Shown: in pieces, positions 1 to 20,486 of the stretch
How the letters are laid out: every line of letters starts with the position of its first letter
How positions within the stretch are numbered: the first letter of the stretch is position 1
NCBI RefSeq assembly: GCF_964355755.1
Contig: NC_092672.1
Location: 25,984,437 to 26,048,436, forward strand
Source of the DNA: Antedon mediterranea
Taxonomy: Eukaryota > Animalia > Echinodermata
DNA length: 64,000 bases
Direction of reading: 5' to 3'
The notes under the pieces: model-generated
What the model saw: the letters and a program-made list of their open reading frames with translations, nothing else
Told to the model about the DNA's origin: nothing
Database searches by the model: none
Made by a program: the position numbers and the translations under genes

Positions 1-461
1 TATTAATATATAAATTTAATTAAAAGCAAAAGAAATCTGGCAGTAATCAAATTGAATACTGACCTAGCTGGACGTGTACAAACTAATGTTTTTATTTGGG
101 GAATTAATCACTTATGCGAAAATATATACACTTAAGTTTTATTTATTTATCTTATTGATAGTTAACAATCTGTGAAATCTTGCTATAACCGAAAATAATT
201 AGATACTTTTGTAACACTGGTTACTTTATGGCTCATTTAAATTCAACCTTTAAAGAATTCTTGAAATAATTTCAAGTGGATCTAAATAATGATTGAACTG
301 TTATGTTCTTTAGTTCTTCTTCAAAAAGGAACGCTAATATCGTTTTCTTTTCATTTTAAAATAATTGAATATTTCTTATACTTCACTGGTGTTACTAGGA
401 CTATGGTTTGGACAAACTGAAAATGTAGATTACATTTTTACCCGTATTTCTTTTAATATAA

Positions 462-946
462 GGGAGGTTTCGCAACCTTACGAATACGATAACGAAAACA
501 GATACGTCACACATTTGTGAAACTTTTGAGCTGATCCCCATTTCATATTCGTAAAGCGTTTTCGTGTTTCGTAACTACAAAACGAGTATAGTTTTTAATC
601 TATTTTACACATTTTGCATTTGAATCAGGAATGATTCATGATTATAATATAATTATAGATTTATTGAAAGTAATTTACTAAAGTAATTTACTAAAATGCC
701 TCGTCAATTTTGATAAATAGCAGTTTATAAAGTCTTCACTCGCTTTGATGTTACGCTAGGCTTTGGTAGCCAAGCACCAAGCAACACGTACCTGCGCTTC
801 GCTCAAATTTACCGCAGTCATATTTTGGACGCGCCTCAATATTTCGTTGCCATGCGAAACAGATTTTGTTATGGCTTACGAAAACGAATACGTGTGCGTG
901 ACGTATCCGTTGTCGTTATCGTATTCGTAAGATTGCGAAACCTCCA
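462..946. mobile_element. PIF/Harbinger-like MITE
   Basis: ~48-bp imperfect TIRs GGAGGTTTCGCAACCTTACGAATACGATAACGA... and ...TCGTTATCGTATTCGTAAGATTGCGAAACCTCC; TAA/TAT flanks; non-coding. Confidence 0.75.
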
Positions 947-1051
947 TATAGTCTATTATTGATCTAAAAGTTACATAACATTATTACATTTTCAGGACTC
1001 CATTTTTTTTCGTTTTTGTGAGCTTGATTAATTAATGGGAACAACTAAATA

Positions 1052-1257
1052 AAGCCTGTTTTCCTGTCGACGTTATTCGACGCTATCGTTAACAATAATC
1101 GGCGATCTTCTACGTAAAAATTAAAATGTTAACGATTTACAGGAAAGGGTACTCGCTATCGTTATCATTTCAACTTGATCGTTTTCAAACGATCGTAGTT
1201 GAACTGTTAACTATCAACGACGATAGCGTCTATTAACGTCAACAGGAAAACGGGTTT
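1052..1257. mobile_element. Short MITE (Harbinger-like)
   Basis: ~35-bp imperfect TIRs GCCTGTTTTCCTGTCGACGTTATTCGACGCTATCGT and ACGATAGCGTCTATTAACGTCAACAGGAAAACGGG; TAA-type flanks. Confidence 0.65.
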
Positions 1258-1302
1258 AAGACGTGGAATTTTTGAAAAAAAAAACAGTATTCGCCTGATC
1301 AG

Positions 1303-2058
1303 TTTTTAGTCGCGTGGAAGCGACTCTATAGTTCACTATGTCGGTCGGTCGGTCGGTCTGTCGGTCTGTCGGTCTGTTGGTCTGTCGGTCTGTCTGTCGG
1401 TCCGGTATCACTATGCGTTTTATCGCTTTCTGACCTTATCTTGATATCAGTTTAATCTAGCTAAGTCAATTTTTCACAGTATATTCCTTATGGCCAGGAA
1501 TCGATGTGGTTATGTTTTCACGGTGCGCAATACAAAATTACGCGGTCTACGCACGATTTAACGAAATCACGTTTGTAATCATATCTTCACAACCATGAAT
1601 CACAATTAAATAAAATTTGGTACTCATAAATTTCAGGGCATAAATCATCATATGGCAATACAATTACGTGCGTAGCGCATGTAACGCATGCGTACGCGCG
1701 CTTAAAATTTTCAAAATTTGAAATAAGAGTAGGCCTACGTTTCAGGTAATTTTAAGCGTTTACAAAATTGCCATGAGTGCGCAGATTTTTGCACGCGCAC
1801 TGCACGTTAAATGTTATTGCGCACTCTTTTTGCCCGATTTCTGTTTTCTTGACTTACTTTTCAACTCGAAATTACGTTATACGAGCACATCAAAAGTGAC
1901 AGGCTACGTACGTGTAAATTAAGAAAATATAACTGTTTTTAAACATTTCAACATTTTTAAACATGTTCAGTAATTTCGGTCAGTTGGTAGGTTGGTTGGT
2001 CGGTCGGTCGGTCGGTAAACACTAAGCACGCGACTGCAGCAATCTATATGGCCTTGTT
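1303..2058 (+). mobile_element. Helentron-associated / DINE-1-like non-autonomous element
   Basis: T-run start, subterminal IRs AGTCGCGTG (1308-1316) and CACGCGACT (2027-2035), adjacent partial IR GCGACT, (GTCG/GTCT)n microsatellites near both ends, ends GGCCTTGTT. Confidence 0.7.
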
Positions 2059-2318
2059 CAATTTTTCGTATCGCTAATCTGCCATTCTACCCAAGCCTAG
2101 GCCTAGGAATATGTTGACCTATTCCATAGTAGGTGTTTTATAAAATAAATAATACATGTTTTATATTCGTGCAATGAGCCAAATAATTTTATTCGATAAA
2201 AGATGAAATGTTCTCTTTTCTTCATGAAATTATTTGCGCCATTGCACTAATTAATTGCATATCAATTACCATTGTGACTTATGCACTTATTCACGGACAT
2301 TGTGACTTTCTATTGTAG

Positions 2319-5300
2319 AACTACATGATGAAATATGGTTATATGGAACCAATGACACATGGAAGTCAACATACGGATGAGGAAATGGAGGAAGGTATTA
2401 TGAAATTCCAGGAATTTAATGGAATGGAACAATCTGGAAACATGAATACAGCCACCATGGAAAAGATGGAAGAGCCACGATGTGGAGTAAAAGATATTTT
2501 AAATACCCCAGGATCTGTGCGTGCCAGACGATATGCATTTTCAGGAAGTCGATGGAGTAGTACTACTATAACGTATAGGTGAGTTTAGGCCTTAATCTCT
2601 GTATACACTATCAAACTTTATGTGACAGAAAAATGTGATCTGCCCATGGACATGATGATGTCATACCACTACCATATTTTGGCACACAATTTTTGTCAAA
2701 CCAGTTTAATAGTGTAGACAGAGCTTAAAACTATGGGAAATAATTACTATGGTTCCATTGATATTAACGCCACTTATTTTAAGAAAGAAAGAAATAATGA
2801 TCAAAACCATGGAAGACTCACTCTAGAAATGTGAAGATGTGACGCCGTATATCGGAAATAACATGTGACGACAATGGTTGATTAGTAATTGTAATATTTA
2901 TTTATTTAGAACAAATCTGAGAGACAAACAAACAATAATTTCCGAATAATGATTAGGCAATACATTTAAAAGTGAATCTGTATGCAATGTATTCTCGTAT
3001 CATTTGTACTCGGAAGTTTGGTAGCATACTGATATGACTTCGCCCTGTAATAGATATAATAAAATGAGCATCATGTATACATGTAATGCAGTCGCCAAGT
3101 GACTCAGCAAGAAGATTGCAAAGGCAGACACCACATACATTTCTTTAAAAAGAAAAACAAATATTATTGTTATCCATAGAACATTTCATATTTTAAACAG
3201 GTATTTGAATTATTCTCCTGATTTGACGCAAGCGGAGACCAGATCTGCAATTGAACAAGCTTTCAAAGTTTGGAGCGACGTCACACCGTTACGCTTCCAA
3301 GAAGTGACGTCAGGTGACGCAATTATTTTAATACTGTTTCAAGCAGGTGAACATGGTGATGGTAACGATTTTGATGGACCGAGTGGTACTCTTGCACATG
3401 CGTACTTTCCTACGGAAATGGCAATTGGTGGAGATGCTCATTTTGATGAAAGTGAAACATTCTCTGTTAATGGAAATTTAGGTAACTATTGCAAAAAAGT
3501 ACTTATATCCTACAAAACGTTATAGTCAAACGCGATTGGAATTATCGTCTGGGTTTTTTTGTTTTTCAGGAATCGATTTATTCCAAGTTGCAGCGCACGA
3601 GTTTGGTCATAGTATGGGTCTTGCTCATTCAAGCGATCCAAACGCACTGATGGCGCCATACTATGCTGGTTATGTTCGAAATTTTCGACTTCCTCTAGAT
3701 GATATTAATGGAATACAGGCGTTGTATGGTAAGCTGATTATTATTATTATTAGTGTTATTGTTATTATTATTATTATTATAATTTCCAAATTGTATACAA
3801 ATTTGTTTCCAAACATGACACATAACCCTCTCAATATCTCAACACTAAGAAAATAGAAACAATAAATAGTAGATGATTAGAAGTAACAAGGCTCCAATCA
3901 ATAAAGCACAGCAGTACAATGTTTTTTTGAAATGATTTGTTTTTAAGGATCAAATCAAGATGGAGGCAATCCCGTGCCAACCAACCCACCCGTCGGTCGT
4001 ATGACAGAGACACCGCCGCGGATGCCAATGGTCACACCCTTCCCTACCAATCCCGCTAGGCCGGAATCATGTAATAACAATATCGACGCTATATCTTTTC
4101 TAAGGAGAGAACTTTACATATTTCAAGTAAGTTAATTGTCATTAACATTTAAATATGTATATATATATATATAACTGAGGACTAGTGATGTTCCGCCGTA
4201 CCACGCCGAGAATGTTAAAGAGTCGTTATCCAATCGAGTTCGAACAATACCATAAAAGCCCCAGTGGTCTAATGGTTAGGACATCTGCATATCAAGCAGG
4301 CGGTCCGAGTTCGAGTCTCGGTTGGGGCGACTTTTTCTCATTCTCACAGATTTCCTCATCTTTATCGTTTCAAATTAATTAATTAAATTTCAGTATATCA
4401 CCGGGCGGTTTAGAACTAATGTTCTTTGCCTCTTGTGTTTATATATATATATATATTTATATATATAACACAATGCATGTAGGCCTACAATATATAGGCC
4501 CTATTATTTGTGAGAAGGCTTACATAATAATGGCCTGTCATTGTATATTCATATCTACAACCAGTGCAAATAACATGCACTGTGCATTGTTTATGTCCAA
4601 TCTGGCAAAATATCATTTAGTGGAAGTAAAATACGAGAGTATATCTTTTATATTCTTCAAGCCGAACACAGTAGGCATGAATTGACAACAAAACCCACAT
4701 AATTTTAATTTTATTATAATTGAAAATGGGATACATACGCATGTGTAGCCTATCACGTGACTTGTTGTGTATGAAATGAATTACTTTTTTTTAAATGCAT
4801 GTTTCTCTATGTAGCTAATGTACTAACTACAGTCATATGTATACACAGGGTGATCAGTTTCTACGTCTTGCTATGCGTGGTAGTGTAATGGAAGGTTATC
4901 CTAGTGAAACGTCTGCTTTCTTTAACGATCTGGAAGACAATATAGACGCATCATACGAACGCTCAACTGACGGTGCTTTCATGTTCTTCAAAGGTCTGTT
5001 CTTAAGTTTGAAGAAGCCTACGCGCTTGACTATTTAAAATATACATATAAGTTCTGAAATTATGTTCATTGACGAAATTGTATACTGATTCTTTTAAATC
5101 TTCTTATCTGAATACAAAAATAATATGTCATTGCAAGAATCAATGTCGCATTCAGTCTTCATGAATCAGGATCTAGGTCATTTAATATTAGGCCAGTCGC
5201 CTTAATTTTAAAACCTCCACGTAACTAACTAGTAACACAGAAAATGGTATCCATCTTCAATTGCATCACTTTTACAAACAAATGTATACATTACTGAAAT

Positions 5301-6208
5301 AAAATTTCTTAACATACGTATCTTCGATTGGTATAACATGTTACCGAAGGAATAATATGAATATTATTTGTTTGGCCTACAAAAGAAAATGTACATTTAC
5401 CAGCTCAAGTATAGAGCTTATTTTATTGTTAATCAATAATGCATTCAATGAATTAACCTCGTCAGTCTATTTTCTTCAGGTAATATGTATTGGGAGTATA
5501 ATGGAAATAACATGGTACGAGGTTTTCCCTCTCTCATATCAAACCTTGGGGATTTACCAAATAATCTTGATGCAACGTTAAGATGGGGCAACACCCGTTA
5601 CACTTACTTCTTTAAGGGTGATCAGTATTGGCGTTACAATGAAGTAAATAAACGCGTAGATGACGACTACCCTAGAGATATAGCAACAGGCTGGCCTGGT
5701 GTCCCCGATAATCTCGATGCAGCATTTCGATGGCTCGACGGTAAGAATAATTTTTTTATGAATTTATATTGTAGGCCTATTATAAGTGGGATATGGTAGT
5801 ACCTTACCTTGTCATATTCTGTTTGTTTCTGAATTAACAATAAAAATGCATTGCAATTTCAAGTTAATTCCGTTTCAGAAGTTTCGATGATTTAATATAA
5901 ATGCAAAATCAAATCTTAAAAACTTAGATTATGAACACTACTTTCTTTCAAACAAACCAATACCATTTTTTTATTTTGCCTCTGTCAACAATGCACATCG
6001 TTTCAACATAGGTAATACGTATTTTGTGAGAAACGGACAGTACTGGTACTTTAACGAAAATCTGCAGCGAGTGGACGAAAACGTGTACCCTAGAGATTTT
6101 GGAGAAGATTGGCTCAGCTGTGAAGGGTTAGCTCCAAACAAAGCCTTGCTAAAACATTACAGTTTCCATATCATTGTCTTGGCGTTTGTACTGGCAACAT
6201 TAGTATAG
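2319..6208 (+). CDS. Matrix metalloproteinase paralog A (M10A, furin-activatable, hemopexin domain, probable GPI anchor); signal-peptide exon not found in window
   Basis: Exons read with GT/AG boundaries and consistent phases: 2319-2578, 3201-3481, 3570-3728, 3948-4126, 4849-4993, 5480-5740, 6012-6208 (TAG). Motifs: cysteine switch PRCGVKD, furin site RARR, LAHAYFP, HFDESE, zinc motif [11 protein letters not shown], Met-turn ALMAPYY, Pro-rich hinge, hemopexin repeats, hydrophobic tail [14 protein letters not shown]. Confidence 0.95.
2595..2724. mobile_element. ~130-bp MITE; diverged inverted copy at ~9980-10097
   Basis: TIRs CTCTGTATACACTATCAAACT and AGTTTAATAGTGTAGACAGAG with TTA/TAA flanks; second copy ends GTCACATTAAGTTTGATAGTGTACA. 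Confidence 0.65.
4258..4329 (+). tRNA. tRNA-like gene or pseudogene, anticodon ATC (Asp), in an MMP-A intron; probably repeat-borne
   Basis: Full cloverleaf: acceptor GCCCCAG/TTGGGGC, D arm GTCT..GGAC with A box TGGTCTAATGG, anticodon stem TCTGC/GCAGG with loop ATATCAA, T arm CCGAG-TTCGAGT-CTCGG; TTTTT at 4332-4336. Confidence 0.55.
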
Positions 6209-8084
6209 AACTAGATAATTACATTAATTTTCTATCATATTCAGAATTCTATATTTGAGAAATTATGCGTTACATTAGGTCTAATTGTGTAGCATACCTA
6301 CCTGGTCTTAGTGAAATCTGCCACACAATCCACAAAATCAATATTTTATTTCCATTTTTAGCAGATACGGATTACCCTTTCTCATAAAAAAATATAAGTT
6401 ATAGAGTACGGTACTTTACTTGAATTTAGTTGAAACATTCTGTATATGTTTATACCACCGCCAAGTATTATACTTTTACCCGATGTGTTTGTCTATTCCT
6501 CTGACATGTAGCTTGCTGGATGTTCTTCTTTTGTAGCAGGTCCCTATTTGTCCACGGAATAATCCAATACCATAGTCCATGGTTATACGATTCACCTACT
6601 ACTTAATAATTAAAAAATATATATTTTCTTCTGTATTGTAATATTTAGGTTGAGTAAATGGAGGTGATTTTGTACCGTTATGTTCAATACTATTCTCCAA
6701 ATTTATAAATGTGAAATTATGTGTAATAATAGCATTTTATATAACACTTTTTTTTAAATAAAATGAAAAAAATGTAAAAAAAATCAAGTTGTATTGATAA
6801 TTATACAAATGTTGAAATTGTGTTATGTGGATGTTGATTTGATGTTATATTTATCTGAGATAAAACGATTTAAAAAGAAAAAATGGCAACACTAGCACTT
6901 CCCATTATAGTATCAATAATGTTTCCTAAATTAGAGGAGAATTCAATTCACCTCACACAAGCTTGTTTGCCGGCAGAGCAAAAAAAAAACCCATAGGCAT
7001 ACAAACCATAGAGTGGGACATTATGTTGATATTACGGATGCTTACAAGAGATACTTCGGGAAATGAATGACTATCCTGCAGCATGACGATACAAATGCTG
7101 TTTATTCAATGTTTACCATGCAGTTTTGTAACTTCAAGCAAACAGCAACATGGATTAAGTAGATCTGCTAACAGCCTAATTGAAATAGATTTACAACTTA
7201 TAACCGGCGGCTGGTCGGCTGGCACCGGAAGATGGATCTAAGGATAATGCAATTTTTAACATTATATGGAACCTCTAGGTGATGCACTGATTTATAATAT
7301 ATTATTCATAATTATTACGAGGGGTGCTACCAATAAATCGGCTCCCAACTAATCAACGTCACTAGTAAAATTCTGTAAAACGTTGAACGTTTTGCACGCT
7401 TAAGGAAGCAAGACTGAACGAATGAAAGGTATTTTTAGCAGTGCCAATGCGGAGTTAAACTCATCTCCATGCCAGCTAGCTACATAATTGTTTTATGCAA
7501 ACGAGGCTTTTCACTGTTTATTAGCATGACACGTTATGTAGAAGTAACAATATGAGTATGAAAAAATATTATTACAAGATCACGTCTGTTTACATGGAAA
7601 CAATCCGATGGACCGATAGTGATAAGTACTTATTTTGTAAACGAAAAGAAGACGAATAGGTCTACCATTTATTTTTAGTAGTAGGAAATTGAGCAAAATA
7701 CACTGATTGTGGCTTTAGAGCAAACTACATTAGCATCAGATACAATTACTATGTAAATCATAACTATACATTACTGGCTTTACTTTATAATGCTTCAGTT
7801 CTGATATTATTTCTTCAGAAATTCACATCAGAAAACAATAGAAAACTATAGTATTCTTGATGGTGTACCGTGATATGAAAAATAAATTAGAAAAATGATT
7901 TTTTGTACAATGACCATTTGTCTATGTTATAGGCCTATCACATTTCATTTGACATTTTGAATGTTATGTCATGTAGAAATAGGAAAAAAAAAAATGAATG
8001 AAAGTGGGGAATCCAAGAAAGGAGAACTATTACTGTACTTAGTATGTACTGTATGTGTCAACGTTGCATAGGTGGTATTATATA

Positions 8085-8810
8085 GAACCTAAATAATTTT
8101 CTGTCATTTGATTGGACGATTGTGCGTCACATGGCGTGCAATAGTACGCACTATTAAACGATCGTTTAATAGTACAGTACTTTTTTCGCTGGACGAAAAA
8201 CAAATCTGGAAAATATTTGTTTTATAATTTTGCTTTTGAAATACAACAGCGCCATCTATGTTGTACTTTCGTGGCAAATTGTTATGACTGGTTTCGCGAT
8301 GGAAGTACTGAACATTTTTTGGAGAGATATATAATGTACTAATTTAGATCAAAAAGCATTTAAATTAGCTTTAGATCGTTTTCAGGATTTTTATTAATTA
8401 ATGGGAACATCTCTACAAGACGTGGAATCGTTGGGAAAATCATAATTAGCCTAGACAAGTTCCAGTTCCATTTCCTTGCTTGTTTGTTGACATAATTTAT
8501 AAAGTCCATATAAATAATAATATAATATATAAAACCAAATGTTACGGTTTTATTCAAATTTTGGCCTTGGCTAGGCCTACTTTTTATTTGATTCAAATGA
8601 CAGGAATCTATTTAGATGTTTTATAAAACAACTAATAATGTTTTACATTCGTGTAATGGTACAAATAGGCCTAATGGTATTTGGTGAATGATGAAATGTT
8701 ATAAATCAACTCGGCTGTCGCCTCGTTGAAATAATTATAACCTCTCATCATTCAACTCATGCCATTATTTTACTACTGTACAATACTCATAAACATTCAT
8801 TATTTGTATC
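8085..8810. mobile_element. Non-autonomous repeat with a long terminal hairpin (class uncertain)
   Basis: ~180-bp imperfect fold-back at 8628-8808 (GAATGATGAAATGTTATAA..TCAAC-loop-GTTGA..TTATAACCTCTCATCATTC); left end near TGATTGGACGATTGTGCGTCACATG. Boundaries approximate. Confidence 0.4.
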
Positions 8811-10487
8811 TTAACAAACAGTTTGAACAAAACAGAAAATCTTTACAAACAAGAATCAGTTTAAAACAAAGTAGGCAAATATCTTGACTTATCGGAATGA
8901 CTTTATTATACAAAAACGATCGCAAGTTAGGATCAATTATACTACATATCTATACTGAATTACACAAACGCACGCCAATCTAATGTATAAAATACGTTTT
9001 ATATCGTAGATACATGAAGATATACTCTTTTTATCAAATAGTCCCAATAACAGCAACACATTCACAGATGGCATTGGCTAAATCAATCGTAAGTTTACGA
9101 CATTTCATTTTTTTGACGTATCACACGAATACACAGCTAGTGAGCCGGAAAGTCATTCTGCACGCGCTCAGAACGATGTTATTAGAATCAAAAGTGATCT
9201 ACGCTTACAAACTCACCTTTTATACTTTGTTATAACTGTGATTAAATATTAATATAATAATATTTTAATTTTTATAAATGTATTAAGTTACTTTCTCGTC
9301 TTTTAATGATTGCGCAATTCCTCGCCTGCGAGGCAATTTTGATTCGTTCAAAGTTCATACAGAGGTAAACTTTCTTAATACAGTGAACTTTATACGGGAA
9401 TACTTTTACACTGGTATCTAAATGAGATTTGTGTAAGTATTGGTATAAAATACGTTCTGTAATCGTTGATTTTATTATAAATTATAAATAATCACTAATA
9501 TTAATTGCAACACAGTAATTAAATAAAAATGCTTGGAATTGATATACCATACATTATAAATAGATACAAATAAATATATACAGACAATACATATAATGAT
9601 GGTGGCTAGATCATACTGTAACACAGTTGAAAAAAGGTACAAAATAAATCACAAAATCCTATCCATACACTAAGCCTAAGCCATTAAGGCATTAAGCCAT
9701 AAATAGAAAAAAAAACTGCATAGAACAAGCCTACTGTCCATAGGGCGAATCTCTTCAAGCGAATTGAACATTTACGAACTACGATTGAAGTTCTAAATTC
9801 TACATTACTAGGAAACTTTAGTTTGCAAACTTAACCAAATTATGATTTCCAAAGTTGTTGCAAGATCAGTTAACAGTTTTCTTCTTTCTAGAAGTGAGAT
9901 TTTTTTTTCAAATTTTAACTACCGTGTAGCATGAAATACGTCCATAATCGTTTATTATATTTCGTTTATTATAATATTTTAAAAGTAGTTTGTCAAAAAA
10001 GTGTGATGTACCCAAATAGTGTAGTAATATGACATTATCGTCCCCAAATATGGGCAAATCACATTTTTTTGTCACATTAAGTTTGATAGTGTACAAACGG
10101 ATTATATTAAAATCACAACACTTTCGAATTAGGTAAAATACACGCATAATATAGTTTAATATTAAAAATATTAAACTATATTCGAGTAACAAAATGTTCG
10201 TGTTTCCATAATTTCAATGAATTTCACGGAATTTAAAATGCTTACTCGTCTTTCTTTGGTTTTAAGCATCCTTACAATTCAAATAACACTCATTATTCGG
10301 TATTAAAACTTTTCTTTCTTTCTATTCATAAACACAAACAATGCAATAAATAAATAACAATAAGCTGTTTGCCCCATAGATGACAGGCTACCCAAGAAAT
10401 CACGTGAATATGTATATACATCATAAATAATAACAACAATGTACAAAAATATAAAAATTAGGAATTTTATACAAAGAAACTACAATT

Positions 10488-19198
<8,711 letters not shown>

Positions 19199-19309
19199 GG
19201 TAACAGAAGTACAACCAATTGCCTATAGATCGTCCGTCCAGCAGCGAATGACAAAAATATTGAATGAATTAAAAAGATCACTCCATATCGTTCCGGTTAA
19301 GTACATTAC

Positions 19310-19405
19310 GATAGCCAATCAGAGAGCGGTATATATTGGTAATTCAGTACACAAGGAAGCTTATTGTTAAGTACAATAAACCACGCATTTGAATTATGAC
19401 TCATT
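19310..19405 (-). promoter_or_regulatory. Putative MMP-B proximal promoter (TATA-like, ETS core, AP-1)
   Basis: 130-205 bp upstream of the ATG at 19198: TATATA 19330-19335, AGGAAG ~19354-19359, perfect TGACTCA 19397-19403; CCAAT motifs nearby. Confidence 0.5.
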
Positions 19406-20486
19406 TTTTTTAGAATAAGGAATACCTTCCTAAACTTTTAATTTACTTTTTCGCGGTTTATTTTGATACAGCAGAATTTTTTGGATGAGTAATACTGTCA
19501 ATTTTATTCAAATTGTTATAAAAAAAAAAACTAAATGGAATAAAAACTGTTCATTGTCCACTTTTTAGAAATGTAATATTTATAAAAAATTATAAAGCGG
19601 AGGAACGGGGAGGGGAGAGCTAGACGTTTTTTTTTCATGTCATAAAACCATGGAGTAATGATAAAACACTAATAGAAAAAAAAGGTCAACTAAATCTTAT
19701 AATAGCTAAAAATCGATCAATCAATCTTATGATTTTGTTTGAAAAATTGCTATATGAACAACTGAATGCAAACAAGTTAATTATTACGATGCCCTATTAA
19801 AATAAATTATGAGAAAACAATAAGGAAGGAAAGAAAGAGAGGATAGAGAGAGGCCTGCTGAAAAGAGACAGGTTGAACTTTGACATTATTGAAAACAGAC
19901 GCATGCGTATTTAATCGAAACATGTCTGCTCGCATACATTACGATATCGTCTAAATGTTTTGTTAACATCTTTGCCTTAAAAACAGATAAAATGTCCGCC
20001 ACACCTCCGGTTCTTACACGGGCTATATCTAGACCAACTGGACAAGAGTTTGTTCATGATTCACCAGAGGGAGCTGAGTGTTTAGTGGGTAAGAATGTGT
20101 ATAGTTTGCTTAATTAAGTAGTAAGTAGGCCTACCCTCTAGCCCAGAAGGCAGGGTAAAATCGTAGTCCGTGTACATTGTGACTTGTGTGTACGTACGTC
20201 TGTGTATATGAGCTATATTGTGTAGTCGTTTATTGATAACTGAGAGCTATCAGTGTGTATAATCCTCGTACATAATTGTTTCTTAGTTGTAATAAAGAAC
20301 ACATTATTATAATATCAAGCATGTTATTATGATATACAAATTTATAGGTATCAATACTGATATTTTTACTTTAAAAAATTTTAATAAGTTTTTTAATAAC
20401 ACAGAAACAACATTCTTAATTTAACAAATGATATGTAGTACTACTAAATCAATGTCTAATTGCATAAGGACTATGTGTACAGTATT

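Noticed and set aside
7000-7260. Coding-like decayed segment after MMP-A
   Set aside because: Interrupted by stops; no recognisable family.
19961-20317. Possible solo LTR (TG...AATAAA...CA)
   Set aside because: No target-site duplication or second copy found.
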